64,000 bases of DNA from NCBI GenBank assembly GCA_964489445.1, contig CAZAYU010000006.1, positions 53,518-117,517 on the forward strand, given 5' to 3'. Both the position numbers and the translations under genes were made by a program. Below are positions 39,890 through 49,095 of this stretch, piece by piece. The notes beneath the pieces were generated by a model, which saw only the letters and a list, made by a program, of their open reading frames with translations, did no database searches and was not told the DNA's origin. The DNA comes from an uncultured Planctomycetia bacterium. GTDB taxonomy: Bacteria; Omnitrophota; Gorgyraeia; Duberdicusellales; 4484-171. Position 1 is the stretch's first letter. Each line of letters opens with the position of its first letter.

Positions 39890-40117
39890 CTATGATTGTC
39901 TTAAGCTATTAATAGTATCGACTCCATATCCTTTTGCTTTAACCCAGGATGTATTATTTTTCTTATGTTTTTTGCGCAAAAATCGCCGACCGCAAACAAA
40001 CAAAAAGATTGTGCTAGCGCCTATGCCTAAAATATAGACAACCGTCAACAATACAGGAATCAATACCTTTTGTACTGTCTGGATATAGCTTTGAATTATT
40101 TTTTTTATTTTACTCAT
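39890..40117 (-). CDS. Small membrane protein (one TM, basic C-terminus)
   Basis: 75 aa. Its stop is 9 nt before the start of the DUF5989-like gene, so the two are tightly coupled. Confidence 0.4.
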   Translation of the reverse strand: MSKIKKIIQSYIQTVQKVLIPVLLTVVYILGIGASTIFLFVCGRRFLRKKHKKNNTSWVKAKGYGVDTINSLRQS

Positions 40118-40167
40118 AACTATTTTTCGCTATTGATTCCTTATAAGAATTATCATCTACAATCTAA

Positions 40168-41403
40168 TCAATTTTCAAAAAAATTATTCCTGACTACCAC
40201 ATCGTAAATATTTTGAGCCATGACTCCATACCCTTGAGCATTAGGATGTCCCCTGTCTTCTGATAAATATTCTTCTTTGTCTTTCCAAATTTCATTGAAT
40301 CTTTTTTCATTGTCAATGTAGGTAGCTCCATTATTTTCTGCAACTTCTTGCAAAATATAATTCATATCCTTGAAGGACCAAATATCCTCACATTTTGGAT
40401 AATTTTGGATTATTACGGGAATCTCTTTGTCTTTGCAAATATTGATCATCCTTGTAATATCCGAATTAACCCACCCTTGTAGCGTCTTCAAGTACAATAT
40501 TAAATCCTTTTCTCTTTTAATAAAATCTCTGACTATTTCACTTTCTTCTTCAAATTGCGATAAAAACTTAATATTCTCATTCCTTATTTCTGGTTTTTGA
40601 GAAAGAAAATTTGAAATAAAAAATCCTAACGGCTGATATTCATTAGGATTAATTTCTATTGCTTTCTTTGCGTATTCATACGCAATTTCATCATCATGAA
40701 GCATAAGAGCATATATTCTTGCAATTTGCCAATAAGATTCACAATACTCAGGCTCTAATTCCATTGCTATTTTATACCACCTTATCCCTTCCTCCCATTC
40801 TCCTTCATTTTCACAATTCCGTGCTTTATTCCAAGCATTATTAAACTCTTCTGATAAATGAATTTGTCTGTCTTTTTTTTGATCACTCTTAATCTGCTTT
40901 TGTATGTTTTTGGATAATAATTTTACCAATTTGTACACCTTAATCGACTGGATAGAATTATAAATTCTGGCACTTAATGTTTTCTCTTTTGTATATTTAA
41001 TATATCCTTGTGCATACCAAATATTTGCACCTCCAGCTAGAATAACTACTAAGTCCGGATTAAATTCTGCTATCCATCCATCAAATTTCGATAAAATTGA
41101 AAATGTATTGTACCCGCCTACCCCTCGGTTGATAACCTGACAATTTATCTTATTATTATCTGCATTTAACAATTTCTCTAATTGCCGGGGGTAACTTTTA
41201 TCAGAAGGAGCACCGCTACCATGAGTAAATGAATCCCCTACACATAGAATGATATAGCTATTAGCTTCTTTTTGATTGACTTTATCTCTAGCGGCATTTT
41301 TTAGACAAACATACCCTGTCAATCTCAAACCACCTTCAAGTGCTACCAAACAAACAACAATTCCTAGTAAAAAAACAATAAATTTACGTCTTAATAAAAA
41401 CAT
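40168..41403 (-). CDS. SGNH/GDSL hydrolase domain + TPR repeats, secreted/membrane-anchored (tandem duplicate copy A)
   Basis: N-terminal TM helix. Motifs CVGDSFTHGSGA (block I), GGAN (III) and DRGHPNAQGYG (V), with TPR-like C-terminal region. Confidence 0.7.
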   Translation of the reverse strand: MFLLRRKFIVFLLGIVVCLVALEGGLRLTGYVCLKNAARDKVNQKEANSYIILCVGDSFTHGSGAPSDKSYPRQLEKLLNADNNKINCQVINRGVGGYNTFSILSKFDGWIAEFNPDLVVILAGGANIWYAQGYIKYTKEKTLSARIYNSIQSIKVYKLVKLLSKNIQKQIKSDQKKDRQIHLSEEFNNAWNKARNCENEGEWEEGIRWYKIAMELEPEYCESYWQIARIYALMLHDDEIAYEYAKKAIEINPNEYQPLGFFISNFLSQKPEIRNENIKFLSQFEEESEIVRDFIKREKDLILYLKTLQGWVNSDITRMINICKDKEIPVIIQNYPKCEDIWSFKDMNYILQEVAENNGATYIDNEKRFNEIWKDKEEYLSEDRGHPNAQGYGVMAQNIYDVVVRNNFFEN

Positions 41404-42702
41404 TTATGCTGATAGTTCTAGGAATAAAATATATTCTATTAAAGGCCTGGACAAACTTTATTTTTCTAAATCGGAATTTAGCTTTTTTATATGTTTACAA
41501 ATATTTTGAGCCATGGCTCCATACCCTTGAGCATTAGGATGCCCCCTGTCTATCGATAAATATTCTTCTTTGTCTTTCCAAATTTCATTGAATCTTTTTT
41601 CATTGTCAATGTAGGTAGCTCCATTATTTTCTGCAACTTCTTGCAAAATATAATTCATATCCTTGAAGGACCAAATATCCTCACATTTTGGATAATTTTG
41701 GATTATTACGGGAATCTCTTTGTCTTTGCAAATATTGATCATCCTTGTAATATCCGAATTAACCCACCCTTGTAGCGTCTTCAAGTACAATATTAAATCC
41801 TTTTCTCTTTTAATAAAATCTCTGACTATTTCACTTTCTTCTTCAAATTGCGATAAAAACTTAATATTCTCATTCCTTATTTCTGGTTTTTGAGAAAGAA
41901 AATTTGAAATAAAAAATCCTAACGGCTGATATTCATTAGGATTAATTTCTATTGCTTTCTTTGCGTATTCATACGCAATTTCATCATCATGAAGCATAAG
42001 AGCATATATTCTTGCAATTTGCCAATAAGATTCACAATACTCAGGCTCTAATTCCATTGCTATTTTATACCACCTTATCCCTTCCTCCCATTCTCCTTCA
42101 TTTTCACAATTCCGTGCTTTATTCCAAGCATTATTAAACTCTTCTGATAAATGAATTTGTCTGTCTTTTTTTTGATCACTCTTAATCTGCTTTTGTATGT
42201 TTTTGGATAATAATTTTACCAATTTGTACACCTTAATCGACTGGATAGAATTATAAATTCTGGCACTTAATGTTTTCTCTTTTGTATATTTAATATATCC
42301 TTGTGCATACCAAATATTTGCACCTCCAGCTAGAATAACTACTAAGTCCGGATTAAATTCTGCTATCCATCCATCAAATTTCGATAAAATTGAAAATGTA
42401 TTGTACCCGCCTACCCCTCGGTTGATAACCTGACAATTTATCTTATTATTATCTGCATTTAACAATTTCTCTAATTGCCGGGGGTAACTTTTATCAGAAG
42501 GAGCACCGCTACCATGAGTAAATGAATCCCCTACACATAGAATGATATAGCTATTAGCTTCTTTTTGATTGACTTTATCTCTAGCGGCATTTTTTAGACA
42601 AACATACCCTGTCAATCTCAAACCACCTTCAAGTGCTACCAAACAAACAACAATTCCTAGTAAAAAAACAATAAATTTACGTCTTAATAAAAACATTTAT
42701 TT
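40206..42702. repeat. Direct tandem duplication: two ~1.2-kb units (40206..41408 and 41499..42702) with near-perfect identity, separated by a ~90-bp unique spacer
   Basis: Side-by-side reading shows only a few mismatches (e.g. catgactcc vs catggctcc). Identity ends at aaacatttat on one side and aaatattttgagcc on the other. Confidence 0.85.
41458..42696 (-). CDS. SGNH/GDSL hydrolase domain + TPR repeats (tandem duplicate copy B)
   Basis: The protein is identical to copy A except for the last ~30 residues. Confidence 0.7.
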   Translation of the reverse strand: MFLLRRKFIVFLLGIVVCLVALEGGLRLTGYVCLKNAARDKVNQKEANSYIILCVGDSFTHGSGAPSDKSYPRQLEKLLNADNNKINCQVINRGVGGYNTFSILSKFDGWIAEFNPDLVVILAGGANIWYAQGYIKYTKEKTLSARIYNSIQSIKVYKLVKLLSKNIQKQIKSDQKKDRQIHLSEEFNNAWNKARNCENEGEWEEGIRWYKIAMELEPEYCESYWQIARIYALMLHDDEIAYEYAKKAIEINPNEYQPLGFFISNFLSQKPEIRNENIKFLSQFEEESEIVRDFIKREKDLILYLKTLQGWVNSDITRMINICKDKEIPVIIQNYPKCEDIWSFKDMNYILQEVAENNGATYIDNEKRFNEIWKDKEEYLSIDRGHPNAQGYGAMAQNICKHIKKLNSDLEK

Positions 42703-42943
42703 TAGTAATTTTACAAACAGAATTAATTCTAATAACAATCCGAATAAAACTTACCCTGTTGATTATTTCTGCTTCTCTCCTAAAATTTAAAAAACTGACA
42801 CAGCCTTTTATACTATGCTTTAACTAACTTATAGCCTTCCATATTTAACATTAAACATCAACAATAAGTCTAACGAGAAAATATCTGCGGCACTCTTATT
42901 ATTTCCCTAATTTATTTATGCTTCTAACTAAGATAACCTAACA

Positions 42944-43549
42944 TTACTTTATTACTTCTATCTGAGCTTTGGTTTCACTGATTACTCTTTCACAATCTTT
43001 ATACTTCTTAAGAATAGTATTGAAAGTTTTTTTAGCTTTTTTTACTTTTCCTTGTTGCTGGTATACATTACCAGTTCCCAACAACGCCCAAGCACATACT
43101 TCAGGCTGATCAGAATATTTTCGCAAAACAACACTATACGCAGCTAAAGCTTCGTCAAACTTGCCCATTGATGTATATGTATCTCCTATCCCTTTTTGCC
43201 CAGCTGAACAAGCCCACAAATCGTTAGGATATTTAACTAAAGCAGCCTCGTATGCACTTAATGCTTCTTCTTGTTTTCCTATGCGCAGATAAGCATTTGC
43301 CATTCCTATTTGCGCTCTTGCACAAAATACTGAATCATTTGGATGCTCAGCTAAAATAGTTTTATAGATATCTAGAGCTTCTTGATTCTTTCCTTCATTA
43401 AAATATTCGTCAGCTTCAGACACCTTTCCCTCAACTCCGCTTGTCTGTGCTAATGACATATTCTGTTGCCCATTTTGTATCCCAAATATTACAATTGTTG
43501 CCACACACCATGAAATTAACCACAGGGAAATTTTTTTTCCTTTACACAT
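42944..43549 (-). CDS. TPR-repeat protein with N-terminal signal anchor
   Basis: Three to four TPR units (ALDIYKTILAEHPND, AYEAALVKYPND, AYSVVLRKYSDQ). The track start is TTG at 43576; ATG with a GGGAGGG RBS is at 43549 (MCKGKKISLWLISW…). Confidence 0.6.
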   Translation of the reverse strand: MCKGKKISLWLISWCVATIVIFGIQNGQQNMSLAQTSGVEGKVSEADEYFNEGKNQEALDIYKTILAEHPNDSVFCARAQIGMANAYLRIGKQEEALSAYEAALVKYPNDLWACSAGQKGIGDTYTSMGKFDEALAAYSVVLRKYSDQPEVCAWALLGTGNVYQQQGKVKKAKKTFNTILKKYKDCERVISETKAQIEVIK

Positions 43550-43717
43550 TTGTCCCTCCCAATTACATTGCTCCAAATTTTTCTAAATCCAAAACAAAAA
43601 ACCTCACTCTCGTATCTTACCACCTCCTTTTTAGTTTTTAATGATATTCTTACCTTTAATTACCAAAATACCAATACTTCATTTAAAAGACTCAAGCGCA
43701 AATATTTGCCTCCAGTA

Positions 43718-44866
43718 TCATTCTCCGGCATTAAGCATTCTTTTTTTAATCTCTTCAATTTCGTCTAAAACGCATATGCTACATTTTTTACAATTTGAAA
43801 TACAATACTCTCCAATAAATTGTTTTGTAAAATCTACAAAATCCTTGTTTTTAAAAAACTTCTTCAGAGATACAAGAGAAAAATAATTTCTCTTATAAAA
43901 TTCATCCCGCATGGAAAAACATTTAGGCATCCTTCCATCTGCCCAAATCGCAAAGGTAATCAAAGGATAATAGCAGCCTATCTTGGAATTTTTGTTAAAT
44001 AATAATTTATTCTTAACCACCGATTTATGGTCTCTGGAATCTTCGATAAAGTCTCTGTTTATTTTAAAATTATTTATGTTAGATCTTATGTGTTTATCGT
44101 AAAAAACTTTTTCTACTTCTGGGATCATCATCAAGAACTCCTCTTTTTGCTGATTAGTCAGCTGTAGCTTCAAGCAATCCTCGTGATCAATCCTTAACGG
44201 CTGTATAAAAAAGTATTCAATATCCATATCATTTAGTATCGATGCAATCTTAGGAATCTGATTATAATTTTCATTGCATAAAACAAACATTATATGCACC
44301 AAAGGGTATCTTTGTTTATACATTTTTTTATATTTAGAAATGCTCTCTAATACAGAAACTGTATTTTTATGCCTTTCCTTATTAAAATATAACTTATCTG
44401 CTACTGATTCGTTGTCTTCATTTAACGTTATATTCAACTGGCTAACAAACTTGCTTTTGACAATATTTCGTATATCCATATCAGTAAGATTGGCACCATT
44501 GGTTATTATTCTTAGAAAAGAATCGACTGCTAACATTTTTTCCAGAAAATAAAACATATTATCTTTATAAAAGAACGGCTCTCCACCACCGAACAAGTGT
44601 ATATCTTTAAAACCGACATCCTCTATATCTATTACAAGTTTATCGATATAATCTTTATTATTAAAAAAGTCCTTTTTAATGCTCACTTTAGTATGTTCCG
44701 CGCAATACTTACAACGATCATTACACTTGTTGGAAGGAAAAACAAATAAACGAACTGGATTGATACCCTGGTAAGAACTCAACTGATATAAATAGCTACT
44801 CATATAATTAGCTACTTTTTCTTCATCAAACTTAAATTTAAATTCTGATAAATTCTGCTTATTCAT
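43718..44866 (-). CDS. Radical SAM/SPASM protein
   Basis: VFPSNKCNDRCKYCAEH followed by LFGGGEPFFYKD. C-terminal Cys cluster (CYYP…CFSM…CISNCKKCSIC). Confidence 0.75.
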   Translation of the reverse strand: MNKQNLSEFKFKFDEEKVANYMSSYLYQLSSYQGINPVRLFVFPSNKCNDRCKYCAEHTKVSIKKDFFNNKDYIDKLVIDIEDVGFKDIHLFGGGEPFFYKDNMFYFLEKMLAVDSFLRIITNGANLTDMDIRNIVKSKFVSQLNITLNEDNESVADKLYFNKERHKNTVSVLESISKYKKMYKQRYPLVHIMFVLCNENYNQIPKIASILNDMDIEYFFIQPLRIDHEDCLKLQLTNQQKEEFLMMIPEVEKVFYDKHIRSNINNFKINRDFIEDSRDHKSVVKNKLLFNKNSKIGCYYPLITFAIWADGRMPKCFSMRDEFYKRNYFSLVSLKKFFKNKDFVDFTKQFIGEYCISNCKKCSICVLDEIEEIKKRMLNAGE

Positions 44867-44899
44867 AACAAATAATGTTTATCAACAAAACAAGCCATC

Positions 44900-46984
44900 C
44901 TAATCATAATGACAAAACTGCAAACAAGAATTTTTACATTGTTTAGTAATTAACCTCATTTCAGCCGCTTTTTGAGAATACCAAGCATCTTTCAAAGACA
45001 TATCATAGATATTACCACAGCTACCTTGGCAAAAAAATACTTCCGAGCTAGCTTTGCCATTCTTCCAGCAAGGTGCCGTAATAATAATACTTTTATGCCC
45101 GGCACAGCATGGTTTATCTATAGTCCTCTGTGAATAATAATCAAGTAAAAGGTCAAAACTAGGATTTGAATCGACTTTTAGATAAGAATAGCGATGCTCT
45201 TTTATTCTTTGAAAGTTATCACTTAAACATTTTAGTCCATAATTATCGGGCCATAACAAACTGTGCTTACATCCTTTTTTTGAGTATTGAGGATTAGTAT
45301 TATTAACCAGATAAGGAATAAAATTGATTGAATTTACTTTGAGAGCATCAGCTATTTGAGTTAATTTAAATAAATCATTACAATTTTTGCTGAATATTAC
45401 TGTCCCAATGCCTATAGATTTTTTTTTGTTTAATAAACGAAGATGCTTTATTGCTTCCATTGCATGGTCATAGCTACCTTTTCCCCTTATAAAGTCATTG
45501 CTTTCCTTTAATCCATCTAAGGAGAAATGAATATGGTCTATGTGCGATTTAGAAATCATTTCAACCATCTGTTTATTATAAAAACCATTTGTTGTTACTG
45601 AAATATTAAGGCCCAGGCTATTAATATAGCTGGCAATTTCAAATATTTCTGCTACTAAAAACGGCTCACCTCCACTTAACACAACAGTTTTGATATTCAT
45701 CATTCTTGCTTGTCTGGCTATATCAAATATCTTATTCTTATCTACCTTTATATTATTCTGGTTTATGTCTTTTTTTATACTGCAAATGCTACACTTTAAA
45801 TTACAAGATTCCGTAAGCGATATAATTATCATCTCTGGCGGAACAATAGGAACATTCAAAATTCGCGACATGCTGTATTTTCCATTAAGGCTTTTAGAAG
45901 CATACTGATTAAAGTTAGTTGTTTCACTACGCAACGGCCCACAACAATTACTACACGCCGGATCAATCATCTTTCCCGCTAATATTTTTTTCCGTAATGC
46001 ATTTAACGCTTTGCTATCCCATACCTTCAACAAACTATCGTCTATCTTTTCTATTTTATTCTTGATAAGCGAGCAAGGTGAAATGTATCCGTCTTCGGAA
46101 ATAACTAATGTTTTCCATAAATGGATACAATACAATTCCTTTTCATTAAAAATTGCAGACACTGTTGACGATTTTCTTTGAAAATTTTTATAAAGAGAAA
46201 TTATAAAATCAATATTGTGTTGTATCCTTGTTTCAAATCTTTTTTTTGATAAAATATCTATCAACTCTTTTTGCTGTTCATCAGAAAGAGACATGCCCCT
46301 TGCCCCTTCATGTACTTCCAGCAAAGGCATAAAATGTATCTCATCAACTCCCTGGTTAATACAATATTCCATAAATAGATCTAGATGGCCATAGTTCTCA
46401 TTAGAAATTACCGGGCAAACTCTGATTAATGTATAACTTATATGATTATTCTTTTTAGCCATTTGAATAAACTTAAAAATTTTATTTACTTTAGCAAAAC
46501 ATCCATTTACCCCACGTATCTTATCGTGAACTTTTTCTAAATGTGAATCAAGACTTATTCGTAGAATATCCCACCCAACAGCCACTAATCGTTGGGCAAT
46601 TTCGGCATTAAGAAGCAAGCCGTTAGTTATCAAAATACCCTTCATATTACAAGCCTTGATCATTTCTAAAATATCAATTAGCTGCGGATACAGAAAAGGT
46701 TCGCCTCCTCTACCTCCAATATTCCAAGCTAAAGAACCATTTCTGCTAGATTGTTCAACTAGCGAAAGCATCCTTTTTTGTGGTATTATTCCTTCAAAGC
46801 TATCAACTGTTTTTTGATCATACCCTCCACAATAAGCACAATGTGAATTACAATTGTAGGTAGGGAACCACTCAATCATCTCTGGCCCTTGTAAGTTGTA
46901 ATAGATTGATTTTGCTAACCTATCTAAAGGTGTTAAAAGTGTTTTATTTATTAGATTTTGATATTTCACCATTTCTTGTCCCAT
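44900..46984 (-). CDS. Double radical SAM protein (two tandem rSAM/SPASM modules in one polypeptide)
   Basis: Module 1 has TYNCNSHCAYCGG and GGRGGEPFLYPQ. Module 2 has ISLTESCNLKCSICSI and LSGGEPFLVAE, with C-terminal CKNSCLQFC. Confidence 0.75.
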   Translation of the reverse strand: MGQEMVKYQNLINKTLLTPLDRLAKSIYYNLQGPEMIEWFPTYNCNSHCAYCGGYDQKTVDSFEGIIPQKRMLSLVEQSSRNGSLAWNIGGRGGEPFLYPQLIDILEMIKACNMKGILITNGLLLNAEIAQRLVAVGWDILRISLDSHLEKVHDKIRGVNGCFAKVNKIFKFIQMAKKNNHISYTLIRVCPVISNENYGHLDLFMEYCINQGVDEIHFMPLLEVHEGARGMSLSDEQQKELIDILSKKRFETRIQHNIDFIISLYKNFQRKSSTVSAIFNEKELYCIHLWKTLVISEDGYISPCSLIKNKIEKIDDSLLKVWDSKALNALRKKILAGKMIDPACSNCCGPLRSETTNFNQYASKSLNGKYSMSRILNVPIVPPEMIIISLTESCNLKCSICSIKKDINQNNIKVDKNKIFDIARQARMMNIKTVVLSGGEPFLVAEIFEIASYINSLGLNISVTTNGFYNKQMVEMISKSHIDHIHFSLDGLKESNDFIRGKGSYDHAMEAIKHLRLLNKKKSIGIGTVIFSKNCNDLFKLTQIADALKVNSINFIPYLVNNTNPQYSKKGCKHSLLWPDNYGLKCLSDNFQRIKEHRYSYLKVDSNPSFDLLLDYYSQRTIDKPCCAGHKSIIITAPCWKNGKASSEVFFCQGSCGNIYDMSLKDAWYSQKAAEMRLITKQCKNSCLQFCHYD

Positions 46985-47000
46985 CTAACATCATGTCTAA

Positions 47001-49001
47001 TTAATAGTTATCTGGATTAATATGCAACCCCTGCAAACACGGTTCTTTACAATTTTTTATTCTCTCTAGTTCTTTTTGATAATCGCTTGAGTTAAAAACA
47101 TCTTTGAACCTCAATTTATATAATGGCATATTTATTTCTGTTCCACACAAATACGGCTTACCTTCAAAAGTAATATTTAATGATTCAAATCCGGTTAAGC
47201 AACGATTTGATTTTTTAAGCTTATTATCAAAATAGTCAATATATCGTTCAACAACCGAAACCGGACGAGCACTTATATCAGGGTTATTCTTTACATACTC
47301 AATAATATCCTTCAACTTATTTTTTTCCAACTCTGTTATCAAAAAATTCCCTTTAACATGGCATAGTTCATTGTTTGGAATAACTGGCTGGATGTCAACC
47401 CTTACCCCCTTATACTGTTTAAGCAACATTAAAAATGCAATATAATGCATGAAATTCTCCGGCATCAATATCGAACTTACTGTTAAAAAATTAATCCTCT
47501 GCAATTTATAATAATTATGATAAATTGCTTTAAAATTAAAAAACGACTTTTGAAAAGCGCCACTTCCACGAATAAAATCATGAGTATATTCCAGCCCATC
47601 GATTGAAAAAATTATTCCTATTTTCTTTAATTCTTCTTTTGAAAAATTATTCAAAAATTCCTCATTAAATAGAATCCCATTAGATATAATATTGACTGTA
47701 GCAATATCTGTTGCGCAAACAAATTTAATTATTTCCGGTAAATCTTTACGTAACAGCGGCTCTCCCCCACCAAATGTGATTCTTTCAATATTGCAATCAT
47801 TATTTAAATTAAGAATCAGCCTCTTCCACTCTTCCTTAGTAATTTCATCTTGGATATCAAATTTACCCTTACCAGTAGTGCACATAATGCATTTAAGATT
47901 ACAGCGATTAGTAATCGCAATATAAAACTCTGTGATATTGAACTCCTTTCTATCCATTATTACTTTCTTGCTGCTACTTTCTTCGTCTAAGCAACGTTTT
48001 AGCTCTTGATTAATTGCTTTAATTGGACTACAACAGCTATCCCAGCAAAGAGTGCTATCGTAATAGTGCTTATATTGTTCGATTAGTTTATAGTAAATAT
48101 CACCTAAGTCCTCATCGTAAACATTAAATGGTGTTTTTTGAGGATCACCGTTACACTTTAATACTTGCCCCTGACAATCAATTAAAATTTTATATAAGTA
48201 GAAAAAACATTTATTTTTTGCAATACTTGATATTTCCGAATTAATTTTTTGGATATCAGCGCAAGATTCATTGTCTAACCATTCTGCTCGGTTAAAATTA
48301 ACAGGAGTATCCATATTTTTTAATCTATATTTAAAATCTATTATCTGTTTGTCTGCAGGCAATAGCTCATTAAACTTTTGTGTCATTTTGACTAATTTGA
48401 TTAAAGTTACATTCTTTATTCTATAAAGCTCTGATTTTAAAAAATAATTTTCCACGTTATCATAGTTAATATTTGTCACTACCATATTAAGATTTAAATT
48501 AAGAGTTGGATTATTTTTAACGGTAAATTCTAAGAACCCTATTATTCTCTGTAAATAATCATCACCACCACAAGCCGGTTTTAATTTATACTGAATAGCT
48601 GGAACAAATGAATCTAAAGATATAGTCACTACATCCCAACCTATTTTTTTTATAAATTGCGCAAATTCTAAATCAAGTTTGCTACCGTTAGTCAATAAAG
48701 TACCAATGAGTTTTCTCTTTTTAATCTCTTCCATTAAAAATTTAATATCCTCGACTATTGTTGGTTCGCCAATTAAAGATGTTAACGAAATTTCCTGAGT
48801 TCCCATCTTTTTTGCAGCATTAAGAATTTTTATTAAAACATCTCTGGATAAATATTTATGCTCATTATGTTTTACACTTCCGGAGCAATACAAACAATTT
48901 AGATTACAAAAATTATTAATAACTAAATCAATGCAATAAGGTCCTTTTTCCACGCCTTTCAACCTTTTCTTAAACCAAGAATAAAACTCTTTTGAAATCA
49001 T
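47001..49001 (-). CDS. Double radical SAM protein (two tandem rSAM/SPASM modules)
   Basis: Module 1 has VINNFCNLNCLYCSGS. Module 2 has IAITNRCNLKCIMCTT and FGGGEPLLRKD, with C-terminal CKEPCLQG. Confidence 0.75.
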   Translation of the reverse strand: MISKEFYSWFKKRLKGVEKGPYCIDLVINNFCNLNCLYCSGSVKHNEHKYLSRDVLIKILNAAKKMGTQEISLTSLIGEPTIVEDIKFLMEEIKKRKLIGTLLTNGSKLDLEFAQFIKKIGWDVVTISLDSFVPAIQYKLKPACGGDDYLQRIIGFLEFTVKNNPTLNLNLNMVVTNINYDNVENYFLKSELYRIKNVTLIKLVKMTQKFNELLPADKQIIDFKYRLKNMDTPVNFNRAEWLDNESCADIQKINSEISSIAKNKCFFYLYKILIDCQGQVLKCNGDPQKTPFNVYDEDLGDIYYKLIEQYKHYYDSTLCWDSCCSPIKAINQELKRCLDEESSSKKVIMDRKEFNITEFYIAITNRCNLKCIMCTTGKGKFDIQDEITKEEWKRLILNLNNDCNIERITFGGGEPLLRKDLPEIIKFVCATDIATVNIISNGILFNEEFLNNFSKEELKKIGIIFSIDGLEYTHDFIRGSGAFQKSFFNFKAIYHNYYKLQRINFLTVSSILMPENFMHYIAFLMLLKQYKGVRVDIQPVIPNNELCHVKGNFLITELEKNKLKDIIEYVKNNPDISARPVSVVERYIDYFDNKLKKSNRCLTGFESLNITFEGKPYLCGTEINMPLYKLRFKDVFNSSDYQKELERIKNCKEPCLQGLHINPDNY

Positions 49002-49095
49002 TGATTAAATATTGAAAATATCAGATTTAAGGTAAATTTATAAATACAATAATAAGTTACAACAGCCACTCAATCACCAACAAAACCTTTATCAA

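Noticed and set aside
43590-43640. Possible intrinsic terminator (T-run) after the TPR gene region
   Set aside because: A T-rich stretch is present on the coding strand (…gaggttttttgttttgg), but no convincing GC-rich stem precedes it. It also sits upstream, not downstream, of a gene start with a strong SD.
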